Below, in pieces: positions 1-13,899 of a stretch of 64,000 bases of DNA (positions within the stretch are counted from its first letter, which is position 1; every line of letters starts with the position of its first letter). The DNA lies in NCBI GenBank assembly GCA_976226885.1, contig OZ320316.1:37200001-37264000 (forward strand). Reading direction: 5' to 3'. The notes below the pieces were generated by a model. That model had not been told where the DNA came from, did not search any database, and worked only from the letters and a program-made list of their open reading frames with translations. This stretch comes from Iphione sp. A-MEVVRFRX5. Taxonomy: Eukaryota. Both the position numbers and the translations under genes were made by a program.

Positions 1-3000
1 ATGAGTCCATTATTTACCTACAACTAAGAGGTTTCTCCCAGTGTTGCTTCCAATACTGTACCAGTGCATAGTTGCTGATGAAATAAATTCTGTAGACAGC
101 ACATCCGTTACCAGGTCTGGCTGGCATTTCATGAATTTCAGCGATAATGAAATGGTGAACTCTCTGACAGGAAAAAGATTGGAGTTCTTCGAAGAAAACG
201 TATCTAGCTTAGACGTCTGTCCCACCTTTGTAACCACCCCATTGTCAACGAGAAAAATATTCTGGCTTAATGAAACGGTTCTTTCTTAGCGTCCCTTTTA
301 GCCCTGCTCAGCCAATATAGCAGCGTAATCGACTTGGATATCCTCATAACCTAACCCGACTTGAGTCCTGCTGGCATTGTCTGTATTTTCTACCTAAAGG
401 TACGTATACTGTATCCACTGTTGGTTTCAGAATATTAATTGTTTCCCTCGCTGTTTGTGTAGGCCACACTATAATACGCAGCCGTGTACAGCTCTCTTGT
501 AGCCCAACATGGCCATGGTTGCAGGTCGTCACGCACGATCCTAATGTCACCCTGACAGACCCCAGTCAAACGCCAATGCCGTCAGAGGCTTCGCCTGTTG
601 TCCGCGGCAATGGGAAGCTTAGAATAGAACCGGGGACAAGAGACGTTCATTACGCCAAGACACCGCACAGCAAGCTGTGATGCCGTCTCTGGCCCCGGTT
701 GCCTCCTTCCTCCCCCGGCCATTCGGGGCCATCGTCTATGGCTCCGGAAATCTACTGGCTGGCAGGATTTGTGTACCTGGATCGCAACCTGAAGGGCATC
801 GCTAGGCTCATTTGGCTGTCCGCATTCCCCTTGAGGTGTTGCTAGAGCCGATAATGAGCCTGACCCACCAATGGTTTATGGCTTTAGTCCCATATTCACT
901 TCCAACAGCGCCATATATGTCCCTGGTGAAACGTGTACCCGGATGCAATTACCAAGCTGTCCAGACAGCATTTAAATTTTAATGACAGGAAGGTCCTGCC
1001 AATGTCCTGCCAATGTCCTAGGAACTGAAGCAAGTTCTATTGACCTACTAGTTTTGAAAGTATGGCACCTTACCTAATTCTCCTTTTCAATTTTTATTCT
1101 CAAACTCCAATTTTATATAGGACTGAGATGTACGTATCATGCATATCTTTGCCATTTACTTTCATTTCTTATCTCGTCAGCAAAGTTTATTACGATTGGC
1201 TTAGTTGACTGTTGACTCAGCAGTCGAGATTAAATGCCTGAGAATTATAAAAGATTCATCTCGCCTGACCACGCCATGATTTAATGGCCATAGACAAAGA
1301 TATGTATGTGCACTATTGATGGCTTGCTGATGCCATTAAGTTTCGGCCCGCTTTAATCACCCGTTATGAATGTATATCCAGGAAACGTGTGAGCGCCCGA
1401 TATCGTTTGGCAGCAGGTTCCGTCCGTTGACGTCACATCCTGAGCGTCTTTAAAGGCGAAGAAAAATCCCAATGAGAGAACAGTGAAGGCGGGCCGAGGC
1501 GGATGGTTGCGTTTTCTGCTCGGGTGTTGTTCATATTCCCCACCGACTTTCTTCGCCATCGCCGTTAGCGGACTATGAAAAGTGAAGCCTAATAAGACAG
1601 TAGAGGCGTTCTTTCTCAGCCCGGGTGCGAGAAGCATGCAACCCCATCAGAGAATGATTATGCCTTCATTAATTCCGCTCCAGCTTGTCGACGACGTGGC
1701 CAGTAATCAGTGCAGCCACAATGAATATCGCTCGGAAGCGTTCAACGCCTCATCGCCAACACTAGCCAAAGCCGTCGGTGCCGACAGGACCACTATGGCA
1801 ACGCCGTCCTATAACCCACTCCCATCCCAAACTCCGGCGCCTGAAATTTCAAAAGGAATGTAATCTGCCTGTTTGCTTTCAGAGCCTTGTTTGATATATG
1901 ATCAAAGGGCGAATAATACATTCCTTTGGGACAGGGCAGTTTACATTGCTCCTGAAGGAACCAGTCAATATTTGTTGGCAAAGACGTCACATGCAATATT
2001 TTTACACAGCCGTCACACAAACACCTTTTGCTGTGTGTGTGTTGGTCGTATATGATTAGCTGGGCAATAACGGGCAGTCTGTACCTATGTTAGAGGGAGG
2101 TAGAGGTAGCCTTCGTGATCGATTGGACTACAATTACCGTCCAAAGCGACCGCGACAAATTGGGTCTGGAGCCTTATCTGGCATGACTCTTCGCCCAGGC
2201 CACTGCTCAAGCAATGGATCCCACCTGAGAATAATATGGACCGATAGTTCTTTCCCACGAACATTATCAGGCGAATGGATCAAAGTGTACCCTGACACGC
2301 AGCTCTGCAAGCGTGCGAGCCACAATCTCACGCTTTCTTCACCCAAACATCTAGCAGCCTGCCTGGGTGCAGCCAACAAGTTTCAAGAGCACTTCTGTGG
2401 TGTAATCCGTTCTGAGAACATGTATGGTGCAAAATTACACTTTTATATGGTTTCCTTGCTCAAGGGGTAGGAAGGGCTTTAATGATTGATAAAATCTTGG
2501 TTTCTGATGCGTTGAAATGACAGATGACCGTGCTTATGGTGTCAAAGTAGCGCCAGGTTGCCCAGCGCCATAGGACGCCACTCTCCTGTCATCGCTGACA
2601 AAAGATGCAACACCTTCTATATGGGAGGCTTACTTGACGTATGGGTAGCTTGCTTGATAGGCTATCTGTCTTCAGTAAGACGTACAGTTAGGGCACGCAC
2701 ACAGATCACCGTCCTTTTTCATCCCGTATGGGATGCACTGCGTGTCTCGCGGGAAACCCGAGTCGCTCTGAGTAGATATAGACTTTGCCCTACATACAAT
2801 GAGAACAGTTGCTTTCACCGGTACTCATGCCCTCCAGCTTCCTTCATAGGAAGCATGACCAATGCTCTGCCGCTGAATTTCATGAGCATTCCAAGCTGCA
2901 CTGTATATTTGAGTGGTTGTTTTACGTTGCCTGAGAGTTGTGTTTGGATTAGTTCGGTGATACAGATCGTCTCTATGTTAAAGTAGTTCAAGGAATATGC

Positions 3001-6000
3001 TTGCATTTTTATCAGTGACATCACGGACATCAAAGACAATGTCATTCAGCGTTGCACTATCGTTTTTTTAAAAGGATATCCGCATCTTTTGTCCCTTCAA
3101 AAAGCAACAGGCACTTAATTTCCTACATAACTTCTTTATGTTGAGTGTGGCATATTACCAGCAGCAATAAACTGCGTTTCGGGGAAGGTTTGAGGTATTA
3201 TTCTTCTGTCGGAAAACCATTATATCCACTTTCGTTAAACCATATCTTCCTTTAAATGCATACAGCATATAGGTCCACGTTTGGATGTTTGCGTTCGTCT
3301 ACAATGATATCTTTGGTAAGAGTACACGATAAAGTGTGACAGAGAACAGAGCGAAAAACAGAACGAGAAACAGAGATGGATCAACGCTAATGGAATTTCC
3401 AGGCGCTGTAACAGTTGGCATTCTAGCTGGAAAAAAGAAGGAAAAATGAGTGGTGAACGCTGGTACCTCCTGGGGTCGTTAGCCGGGGTCCGGCAATATG
3501 GAACTGGCTGTGAGACGTTGGGCAGGCGGCCACATAATCTGTGCGTATGTAAGTGTTTGCGTCTGTGTGTGTTTATGCCACTGCTTGTCTGTGCAGTTTG
3601 GATTGCTGGGCAATTGCGATGGATGCCTTGAGAAAGAAGCACGAATAAGACACCGGTGTCAGAGTCCAATTATTGTTATGAACATTCAGGGATGGTCGCC
3701 AGTTCCCCCTGCTCGGCGAACACCATTTTCACTGCCATTCGCAGACGTATTCGGAATGCATGGATTCCGGAAATCCTTGAATCAATTTGCCTGCATGCCG
3801 GCAGCTAATCCTAGGATATGCGGTCTCCTAGAGATAGCTGGCAGAAGAATATCTCAAATGGAAGCGTGCAACATCCTTGGCAGGTTCTAGCAAAGGCTTT
3901 GAGAGTGGCTGGGCACCAATCGGCCTACAATGTATCTGGCACGAGCATGTATGAAGAAGTTCTGGTGTAAAGCCATATTTGCCTGTCACGCAACAGCGGA
4001 AAATCTGCCACATAGGCATGAAAGCTGCATGGCTGAAGTTGTAAAGTGTTGTCTACGAACCCCACTGACGAGAGGATACGTACACGTGTGCCGACGTTAT
4101 GATGCACTGTACATCGAAGTTGGATCATATTGAACGCACGAACTCGGCGAGATTGACAGAATAAAATTACTCCCAGTCAATTGCCGTCCGAGAGATTATG
4201 TCGACACTCTACCAGACTTACTCCATCCCCATTTCCCATATATGCGCCTGTATAGCTGCCTGGCATTAAGCAGACTCGCTACTGTAGTAGCTGTCCCATC
4301 TGTCGACTGAAACACGGTCACTTAGCCCAATAAACCAGATATTTTAGTATCATGACCTGTGTTTTCCACTGAAAAGTAATGGACTTGATTTATGAAAATC
4401 CGATCACCCGACTAATACTGAAGTAATTCCATGTATAACAACATTCTTCTGGAGGGAACACCCACAATGACTGTAATGCATAGTTCTATACACTACTATG
4501 CATACCGGTACCTTTGTAAACATTTTCGTTAGTGGCCATCATATACTTGAAAACACGGCGATTCTGAACAATATTTGCAAATGTCACAGCAATAAATGTA
4601 CATGTCATTAATATAGGAACAAAGTCGCATGTTTTTTTAACCAATATGACAGATAGTCACGTTTAATCATATTGTTGCACATGTATCTGTTATCGATGAA
4701 ATGCTGTAATATACGCCATCCACTTTTGTAAGATCATAGTTAAGGTGATGACATGTTAACAACTCCGTGTTTGGAAAGTAAAGCCTCAGAATTCTCTTGT
4801 TGGCACATTATGTTGCGTGGAATGGTCCTTTGAACTTTCTTTGGAGAAGAGTTAGCCTACGCCTCCGCCCTTGTTTGAGTAGAATTAACGTGTGCAGTTC
4901 CTTTTATAATTGTAGCTTTTTTATCGTCTTTTTCCCCTGCATGCTGCTTCTTATTGAGACTTCTCCGACGCAGTTCAAAAGAGATTGATCGGGGGATTAG
5001 TTCAAGGATCATTTTTGTTTTCCCTTTTTTGTCACCCAAAACCTGCAGCACAAATCGCCAGAAGAGAAAATGTTATCAATCATTTGGAAAAATTTAAGGA
5101 AACTTTGCATCGGCTGCATGTACTATAAAATTTCCCAAACAAGAAATTGAAAATAATGACACATCACCATCATGCATAGATCTAAAGGGTGTTCTTTAAT
5201 CACAGGGTGTATGGCTATATCAGCCTCACGTACGCTTGATAAAAATTGAAAAAGTGAACTGAATACTAATTTTTCTCCAGTTGGTTCAGCACTGTTCACT
5301 GCAGGAGGTACCTGCAGCGGTCTTCATATTACCATTCAAATGACACCCATCTATACTGTTATATACTTATCTATATAGGTCACCGTGGGTAGAATTTAAT
5401 TTCAATTTAGATCTTTTTCGGAAACCGTTACCAGAAAGAGTCATCATCCGTCCCTCGAGCTGTAGAAAAAAAACACTTACGAATATCAAACTGGAAAAAA
5501 CACAACTTTACACACAAAGTATCTATAGCTCTCCTACCGAGTGTGGCTAATCCTTGCATGCAGCCAGTCACCACGAGCCACCAGCAGCTACTCGAGCTGC
5601 TCCCGACTGCCGTGGACCGCTAGCTGCTCGGTCACGACAGTCGACATCGTGACAACTCAGGCAAACCAATCCACAGGAGGAGAAGACCTTTTCCAAAGCC
5701 AATTACGAACATACGTAGGTGGGCCGAAACTCATTTCATTGAACGTGGTTCACAATCGGCTTTCTGCTGTGGTGAGCGGCTTTACTCTGGCCCACTTGAG
5801 TAAATGAGCCACTTCATATGCTCAGTTGCGGTGAACCGGACAGATTACGATGCGCTGGCAATACCAATATGGTGGTTTTCAGCGACTGCGGAGGGCCTCG
5901 AAAAAAAGAGAGGACCAGGAGGATGGGTGTGTTTCGGTGGGCAACTATTCGTGTTTGGTGGGAGATTAGCGAGTGGTTGTGACGGGGAAGAGCTTGCCAG

Positions 6001-7599
6001 GATCCATAGCAGGCAACTGCAGGACTCCAGGGACCGTTCAGGACGAGCTCCGGATGCTGGAAACAGGCGGCTGGATCCTGACCGATGGTTCTGTGTATGT
6101 GTGTGTGCGTGTGTGTTTTGGGGGTGGGGGTGAGGGAGTAGGTGATGCGTGCGTGGGTGGGTGGGTGGCAGGGGCCGCCCGGGGTTGGCGGCGACCAGGC
6201 AGCAGTGCGCCATGAGCCGTGAACACACCGCTTTTACGCGCCGAATCGTCCGTTTCAACATTGGCGGGATTTCATTTACACGCCGGGCGATAAAATCGAT
6301 CAGCGTATTTAGACACCATCCAAAGGCTGTACCCATTAACAGACCAAGGTACGTAAATAACGCGTCGGGTCGTCTCACAGCCTCCCACCATTAATCCCCC
6401 GCCCACCAGCTCCAACCCCGACCTGCTAAAAGCAGGAGTTTCTATTTCGATCATAAATCAAGGCTAATAGTTCTGACTGGCCTCTCCTTTGGAGAACCGA
6501 ACACTTTTTTATTGTACTGGAAAATATGGTGCCATTGCATGTGTCTTCGGAATAAACGTGTCTGTTTGTGTTGGTATCCCTGGCGGTCATTGAGATTTAC
6601 TGAGCGTTAATTAGGAACCTCGCATTTGCGTGGAGGAGTCTGCTTTAATAAACAATGTTAAGTATGCAAAACATGTGAACCGGCCGTTTGAGACAATCTG
6701 TCCCATTACTATTCGAATCGATGTCGATAGGGGATGGAAAGATTATTAACTATACTGGTGGCTCTACTTGGTCTAAAATGTAAATTATATATTAAAGTGA
6801 ATCAATCATCGCTGCGTCAAAGCTATTGATAAAGATCTATTTTTTCATGAACACAGGTGCATGAATTATCATTCAGCATGTTAAGTCGTTTTGTGGTTAA
6901 TGCATGTTTTGACAATGAATTGTTTCCATTGAATTATGAATTATTTCACCTGACTTAATGTGCCCTTTCATGGTATGCGAGAGATTATCTGACTTTTAAA
7001 AATACTCTTTTCCAGAGTGAGTGTTTTACCCGTTAAATTCATTAAGCTTGTCTGACCTCTTTATGATTTATGGACGTCGATCACTACAGGACTACGGGCT
7101 ACACTACTCTTTCCCCCCTCCTCCCCTCCTCTCGCTTCACACTCCCTTCCGATCGGCACCTCCGGTCACTTATTGAACCTATTTCAAAAGAGCCCCTGGC
7201 TGCACCTGCTCATTGCTGGCTATTTTATACCCCCCGTTTCGCAGGCATCCATTTTCGTCTTACCACTGACCAATAGCTGGCGCTCCCTGACGGCGAGGGT
7301 TCAGGGAGCAGCTCTCCACCGTTAATTCTGAGCTTCTCGGCAAAGTAATCGTCCTCCCCGAAGGTGGGAAAACAAGTCCGCGCACACAAATGTGAAATTG
7401 GTCTCTGCAACATTGAAAAGCGGCCATGTCCCTGTGAAAGCGCTTCCACACATCCATGAGCTGTACGAAGTATTATGGAAAATATTTTAGCCATGTTATT
7501 GGCACGAAACGATCTCAGGCGAAAAAATAGAACTGAACGTGCTCTGAAAGTACATGTGCACCTATTGTATTTGCAGCAATCCGCTCACTGTGGAATGTT

Positions 7600-7691
7600 G
7601 TCGTTGTCACCATCGTCATCGTCATCATCATCGTCACCATGATCATCATCGTCATCATCGTCGTCGTCATCGTCATCATCATCATCATCGT

Positions 7692-7723
<32 letters not shown>

Positions 7724-7750
7724 TCATCGTCGTCATTGTCATCATCATCA
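7600..7750. repeat. Compound (CGT/CAT)n trinucleotide microsatellite
   Basis: About 50 consecutive cat/cgt units. This explains the poly-D, poly-H/R and poly-M/T ORFs in the track. Confidence 0.97.
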
Positions 7751-8819
7751 ATCACCATATTTATTGTTCTTAATTCCACCAGTAGGTGCGCGGCTTGTAG
7801 TTCTGCACCAAAGGCTTAAATCATAGAATACATTGTATACTTAGGCATGCGTCATCGTTGCTAGCGACCCTCATCAACAATGTATGTTGTAGTGTGAATG
7901 GTCTTTCAAAATCAGAAGAACACGACTACATGTACGCACATATCATTCATTTTACAAGCAAATACAACTTGTGTGGTGTCACACACATGGACAAATTCAA
8001 TTTTGAATGTGTTAAATAACAAGCGCACATAATTCGATTAGTTCTGCAATATTATGGAATTATCTGCGGGACGATGTCTGCAACGCATACAGTTTCAGGT
8101 GTAGGCTAGACTGTGACCAGTGTACATTTTTCTGTTTAGGTGGTAGTACTGGCGTGGGTTAGGTTCGTTGTCCTGCGGGAAAAACACTGTGTATGTCCAT
8201 GCCACACATCAGCGGATGTATTTGCTGTTTTCCTTACTGATATGGCAGCATTGGTTACCAGTCACATCAGGCAGACGCTATATAGACGCTTCCTCCGGGG
8301 AACCATAAAATGCACTCTTTCAGACGGGTCTTGCAAACGGAAGGGACTTAACGGCCGTTCTGCTGCATTATCTCCTGCCACAATGAGCACTGACACATGT
8401 GTACACAGGCCACAGGATGATTCCATACCGTCCAGTATTTCCTACTTCGGCCCCTAGTGGGCGAGGCTGTCAGCGCTCAATAGTCGGCATGAGAGCGCTA
8501 TAGCTAGCATGCTCTGATGTTCGGGTAATTATTCATTCTGTGTCATATTCAATATGTTTACCTGGGTCACCGGATTTATCAGAGGACCGACATGTGTCTA
8601 CATTACAGCCAAAGAGTACGGTTGAAAGGACAAACACAGGGGATATTGCTTTATTTGTCCACGTGGTTCTATACATCTTCTTCGACCTGCCGATAGAATA
8701 TTGTTTATTTTGAATGTTCCCATTGCAAATTTTGAATGCTGATTATCGTTTTATATCTTAAAAACATGCATAATGCATATAGAAGGTATATATTCTGTCC
8801 TGTGTAAAATCCTCTTTGG

Positions 8820-9680
8820 GATATTAACTTTACATTTGAACATCGGCAATTCCACGACATTCGTGATATTTCCAAGGAAGTGCCAGAGCTCAAATTTATA
8901 AAAATGAATAGTCTGCGCTCAGACCTGCAGTATGACTTTCGCAACGGCAAATCAATGAGCAGTGCAATTAATGATGTCATCCACTTCACACTGTCCGAAA
9001 TAGATGGTGGGAATCTGATTGGAGCGGTGTTTGTAGATTATCAAAAAGCATTTGACAGTCCGCAGTACGATGTCCTTCTGAAAAAGAACTAAATAAAAAG
9101 GACCTTGGCAACTGTGTTCCCTGGTTTGCTGCATACTTAAAGGGCAGGAAAATAAGGACAAAGCTGAATGGCAATATCTCTAGCTATGTACCCCTTTGAA
9201 TGTTGGTGTTCCCGGGGGCAGCATTTTGGGCCCGACCTTTTTAGCTTATTATTAATGACAGTCTTAAAAAAACTTAAAAGACTCTCGACCATCATGTATG
9301 CAGATGATACGATGTTATTAAGTTCTGGTAAATCAGTCAGGGACGTATCCCTCTGAGCTCCCTTGAAGCGTGGTGTACAGCAAACGGCTTGAGAATGAAT
9401 TAATTAATAACTGAATGTATGCTGTTCTCTTCCAAGAGGAGCAGGCAAAGGAATGGGGAGCTTAACATTTACATTGGCCACCATATTCTCAAACAGGTCG
9501 ACTATTATAAAGTATCTAGGATTATATTTAGATAGGCACTTAGATATGTCTGAGGAATTTAATCCTAAGCTCAAAAACTGTGTGCTAAACTTCCTAAGGT
9601 ACATAAAATATGTGGCTAATTCTCACGTGGCCATCGAAATCTTAAAACGTTATTTTATAAGAAATATGAGGTGATCAAAA
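8820..9680 (+). mobile_element. Decayed non-LTR retrotransposon (CR1/L2-type) reverse transcriptase fragment
   Basis: Frameshifted RT motifs in the correct order: QYDFRNGKS, GAVFVDYQKAFDS..YDVLLKK, a degenerate GxPQGSxLGPxLF (ggtgttcccgggggcagcattttgggcccgacctt), MYADDTMLL, IKYLGLYLDRHL. Boundaries approximate. Confidence 0.82.
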
Positions 9681-9739
9681 TCGGCTGATGTAGTGAATCT
9701 CAATAGTCAAATATTGATTAACTCATTCAAAATTGGGAT

Positions 9740-11280
9740 AGATCAGCTGAGAAAACCCTTGAGAATATAGTAGAAACGGGAAAATACATTAGCGAATGGA
9801 AGGTTGGTAAGATATGCCCAGTTTACAAGACATGGGGACAAACAATTAGCACTAAATGTCAACCCAGTAACAAGCTTATCATTACCAGGGAAGATTTTTG
9901 AAAAAAGGTTAGCTTCTATCGGTTATTGGTCTAATTCACAACATGGTTTCTAATGCACAACATGGTTTCACAGCTAAACGATCCACACGAACTGCATTAG
10001 AAATATACTGATGGATATAAGGAAAGGACTAAGGAGGGGAAAGGGGTGGCAATAGCTGCATTTGATCTGAGTAAGGCATTCGACCTTCTTAACCATGACG
10101 TTCTGATCATAATCATAGAAAACACAGGTGTAGATCAAAGATGCACTGCATTGATGAAGGGATATTTCACAAATAGACATCAATACATGATGATGGGGGA
10201 AGAAAAACCAATCACACGACATCAGATGTTAGGAGTCATGTTTTGGCCCTGGCGTTCAATATAGTGATGAAGTCAGTTGTATAGAACTTGCCAGAAAACA
10301 TACTTCCCACGGTATCTGCAGATGACATCGCGTTTGTCATGTATGGTTGGTAACACAATGAATGATCTCCATTGTAATTTAAAGAAGGCTTAGACCATAT
10401 TCTGTCTTGGTGTACTGTCTTGGTGACAAAGGACTGATTCTCAATAATCAGAAAGCAACTACAGTGAACTTTCACTTAGGAGACCACCTAAAGGAGTATG
10501 GTTTCCCCTGTGATCTGGTCTCCCCTGAGGTCCCTAATTTATATAGGAAATATACTGTTTGGGACTATGATTTAGTGGTCTCCTCTGTGATCTGGTCTCC
10601 CCTGTGATCTGGTCTTAAGGTGAGAGTCCACTGTATGTAGTATTGAGAGGGATTGATTATAACACACTGCAGATTGAGACTACAGGAGTGGCAATCGAAC
10701 GAGCAAATGAAACAAAAATCCTAGGTTATGTGATAGACCGGAACCTATCTTGAGAATCGAGCATCATAATGTCAAGGGCAAAATATTAGATTGTGCCTAA
10801 AACTCGCAATTTGAAAATGTGTTTAATTATGAATGTAAGAATTATGCTTTTCACAACGTTGGTTATGCTGTGTACATTGCACCTTTTATTGCTGGAGCAA
10901 ATAAAAATTGTCTCGGGTCACTTCAAAGGCTATATAACAAAGCCATAAAGCTGTGTGTACATCGCAGAAACAAGTGGGGTAAAGGTGTACGGAATGTATA
11001 CAGGAAAAAGAAGGTTCTACAGTTGAATGAAATTGTAACCACTAAAACTTTATGCCTGGTCCATAATCTAATGACGACAAATAAAAATGAAACAATAACA
11101 AGGTCAAGTAAACTGAACAAGTCAAAGTAACAAGCAATGAATCGAAAATTGCACATAAGAGCTTCAAATATATAGGAAACCTTGAAGGATTACCGAGAGT
11201 TCAATATCAAAGTTAATAATGGCAAGTAGTTTAAGAAGAATTTCACTAAACAATGCTTAAAACGTATTTTTAAATAATAC
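9740..11280 (+). mobile_element. Second decayed CR1/L2-type LINE RT fragment, interrupted by a MITE
   Basis: Motifs in order: WKVGKICPVYK, HGF, AIAAFDLSKAFDLLNHDVL, ADDIAFV, KGLILNNQKAT, then after the MITE ERANETKILGYVIDRNLS and a LINE-type C-terminal region. Many stops and frameshifts. Boundaries approximate. Confidence 0.8.
10462..10633. mobile_element. Tc1/mariner-pogo-type MITE nested in the LINE
   Basis: TA-CAGTGAACTTTCACTTAGGAGACC ... GGTCTTAAGGTGAGAGTCCACTG-TA: imperfect terminal inverted repeats flanked by TA, with internal GGTCTCCCCTGTGATCT subrepeats. LINE-like translation resumes on the far side. Confidence 0.82.
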
Positions 11281-12129
11281 AAAATCGTTTGAATTGTGCG
11301 TATAATAGATCTACAAACTACCTTACATTTCATATCTGAAAAGCATTGTATGAGTAGAGTAAGCATATGATAATAAAAGAAATACAAATACACATTCCCA
11401 CAAGCTCCCTGACAGATTGCCTCCATATACACCCTAAAATGTCATTACTTTTCTCTCAGTTCACATTACGATATCATCTATCCAAAATTTAACAGAATTG
11501 AAGAAAATACCAACCTAAGGAAGGACTAACATACACCTAAATAGAATAAAGTCAACTCAAGCCCCAAACGACCATCTACATTTCGTGATGAGGCTATGAA
11601 ATCAGCTCGAGGATGGGTACAAATTTTCCAGTACGTGTATAACATTGTTAAAAAAGAACCTAAACAAGGTGTTATTGAATAGACTGTGCAGTGAAAACTG
11701 GTGAGTCTCATAAGAAATCTCTACTTCGTCTATTATACCTACTCATAGTACACCCTTTTTTGTATGTAAAATGTGCGTTATACCTTTAAATAAATCATGT
11801 TGCCATTTGAACACAAAGAGATTATGTTGATATCTAAAAATCTGGTACATTCGCTTTTCTGTATATATTGTATATACAGAGGATATTCAAAAACCGAATG
11901 ATCCCTGTTTCGGAGAAAATCATTCGGATTTCGGGTATTTTGGATTTCAAATAGTGGCCTAAGGCCATAGAAAATAAGTTGTGTAATTAATGTGAACTAG
12001 TCTAAGCTTGAAATAATCAAGCAATGCCCCTGCAAACTTCCCTTTGACTTTGCATACCTAGAAATAGAATATAAATTGTGTAATTTATGTGAACTATCTT
12101 AACTATTATCAAAATAAGAAAAAAACATC

Positions 12130-12965
12130 GGAACCAAAGAAGCCTAGTCTAGGGTCTCCTGATGAAGTCCACAATGGCCTTCTCCTTGCATTTCTTCACT
12201 GCTGGTATCTCTGTCTTCTCCAGGATGGCACAAAGAGAAGACACAATCTCAGCATTGCTATTCCCAGAAGGATACAGCCCAGTCCAGTCCTTGCCTCACT
12301 TGCTTGATGGTGACAGGCTCCACATCTTCCTCCTCTTCCTCCTCCTCTTCTTTCTCTTCTCTCTTCCTCCTGCCTACCAGCTGGATGATGCTGTGATCAT
12401 CCAGCTCTCCTGATGTAGGCTCCTGGGAATCACAGGACACATGCTCATTGGTGTTCCAGTGTCCTCCCCTTGCTTCTCCTGGAGATCTTTGAGCAGGGCC
12501 CTCAGCTTTGATAGTGAGGTGTTCTCCTCTTCATCTGTGGCTTGACTGGTGGTATCTGGTGGAGTTTCTTTCTCTGAATCTCTGGATCCAGCCCCTGCTT
12601 TAGCCAAAACTCTTATCCATCTGCCAGTCCTTCACAAAGAACTTGACCTTCTCCACTAGTATGTCATCTGTCAGGACTGCACTTCTGGCCCTCATGTCAT
12701 TGAACCAGAGGAGCAGGGCCTTCTCCAGGTCAATCTGTTTTGGACATCCTGCCCTTACAAGGCTGCCCTCCTCATCAGGCAAAGACAGCCAGTGGTCCTT
12801 CTTCTTGAAGATATCAGTCAGGGAAGACTTCCCAACTTGAAATTGAAAAAGGAAGAGAAATGGCCAATGATGCCAGCCAACAAAACTTGACTTGTACTGG
12901 CAGAGAATCTTCTTCTGCTGGTTGTTAATGGTGGTCCACCTTCTCTTGGTATGTGGTTGAGACAT
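12130..12965 (-). pseudogene. pogo/Tigger (CENP-B-like) transposase remnant lacking the DDE domain
   Basis: From ATG 12965: MSQPHTKRRWTTINNQQKKILCQYK...VGKSSLTDIFKKKDHW (HTH1) and LEKALLLWFNDMRARSAVLTDDILVEKVKFF...SRGWIQRFRERN (Tc5-type HTH). This runs straight into a Tigger-like acidic tail (PTSGELDDHSIIQLV...EEEEDVEPVTIKQVRQGLDWAVSFWE...ETLD). In-frame stops and frameshifts present. No TIRs recognised. Confidence 0.8.
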
Positions 12966-13899
12966 GGTGTCTGTAGTTCGCTGGGGTTCTCTGGAATGCT
13001 CTTGAGAGGTACTCAAGGTACAGTGACTGACCACTGCTGAGCACCTCCCTTTCATCCCCCCCAGGATGGCTGGAGGGCGTGGGTGGGCTTGACTTCATGA
13101 TGCTGGTGATGCATCAATTGCACCAAAAGTGAATTGTGACCCGTTGCATATAATGCTAGAACTAGTGGCATCATTGAAAGTAAACTAGATGAACTAACAG
13201 AGCCTGGTGGCTCTAACCAGGAAATGCAACAATATGTAAGAGGAATCTATGTTATGGCACTCACGAGTAAGTGATCATCTACCTAGGATCTGAAAAGGTT
13301 GCTTGATAGCTTATTGTTGCACATTGATTTAAACAACCCCTACCTAGGAGACAGTAAACTTAGGGAGACAGTTTCTTGTCAGTCATACTTCTTTAGGGAC
13401 GGCAGAGAATGGGGAGTCATGTGTCCCTACCACCTTACTACTGCTAACAACACTGTATTTTTGTAAAACTCGAGCAGGTGGCAGGGAGAGCCATAATTTC
13501 ATGCGATCTAAAGGCTTCACAGATGCTATATATTACGATCGAAAGACAAGTTTGGCAAAAGGTCAGGTAGATAATAAGATATGTCAATACTGAAGGGAGA
13601 CTGGACATGGTACTTCTTGTGTTATAGGTCTAGGAAACTGGTACTATAAATAACAATGACATATATATCTACACATGTTTATCTGTCATAGTAATTCCAA
13701 CAGCGTACTAACTTAAAAACTACCTCATCTATTGACTCGGTGGACCCAAACCTCCTGCCTGGGTTGAACTCAGTTGGGGGTCGGGTGGTTTAAAGTACAT
13801 ATGGTTTTAGTCGTTCATTTACTGACAATAAAAGCCTTAGGTTAAGGCCTGTGTCTTTTATTTTCCATAAATGAGTGTCTTCTATCTTATATATAGTTA

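Noticed and set aside
1-4200. Several 60-140 aa ORFs on both strands at the window start
   Set aside because: No recognisable motifs, no consistent splice-phase chain, overlapping on both strands. A faint endonuclease-like ICITE at 2815-3045 is not backed by other APE motifs.
5845-6394. 177-aa minus-strand ORF and overlapping ORFs, with a G-rich tract
   Set aside because: The frames stay open because of GT and GGGT simple repeats. There is G-quadruplex potential but no evidence of function.
7264-7404. Candidate minus-strand exon (141 nt, ttgcag acceptor, GTAAGA donor; FPTFGEDDYFAEKLRINGGELLPEP)
   Set aside because: Two frames are open, no domain is recognised and it cannot be linked to neighbouring exons. 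Kept only as a weak candidate.
7515-7826. Poly-Asp, poly-His/Arg and poly-Met/Thr ORFs
   Set aside because: Translations of the CGT/CAT microsatellite.
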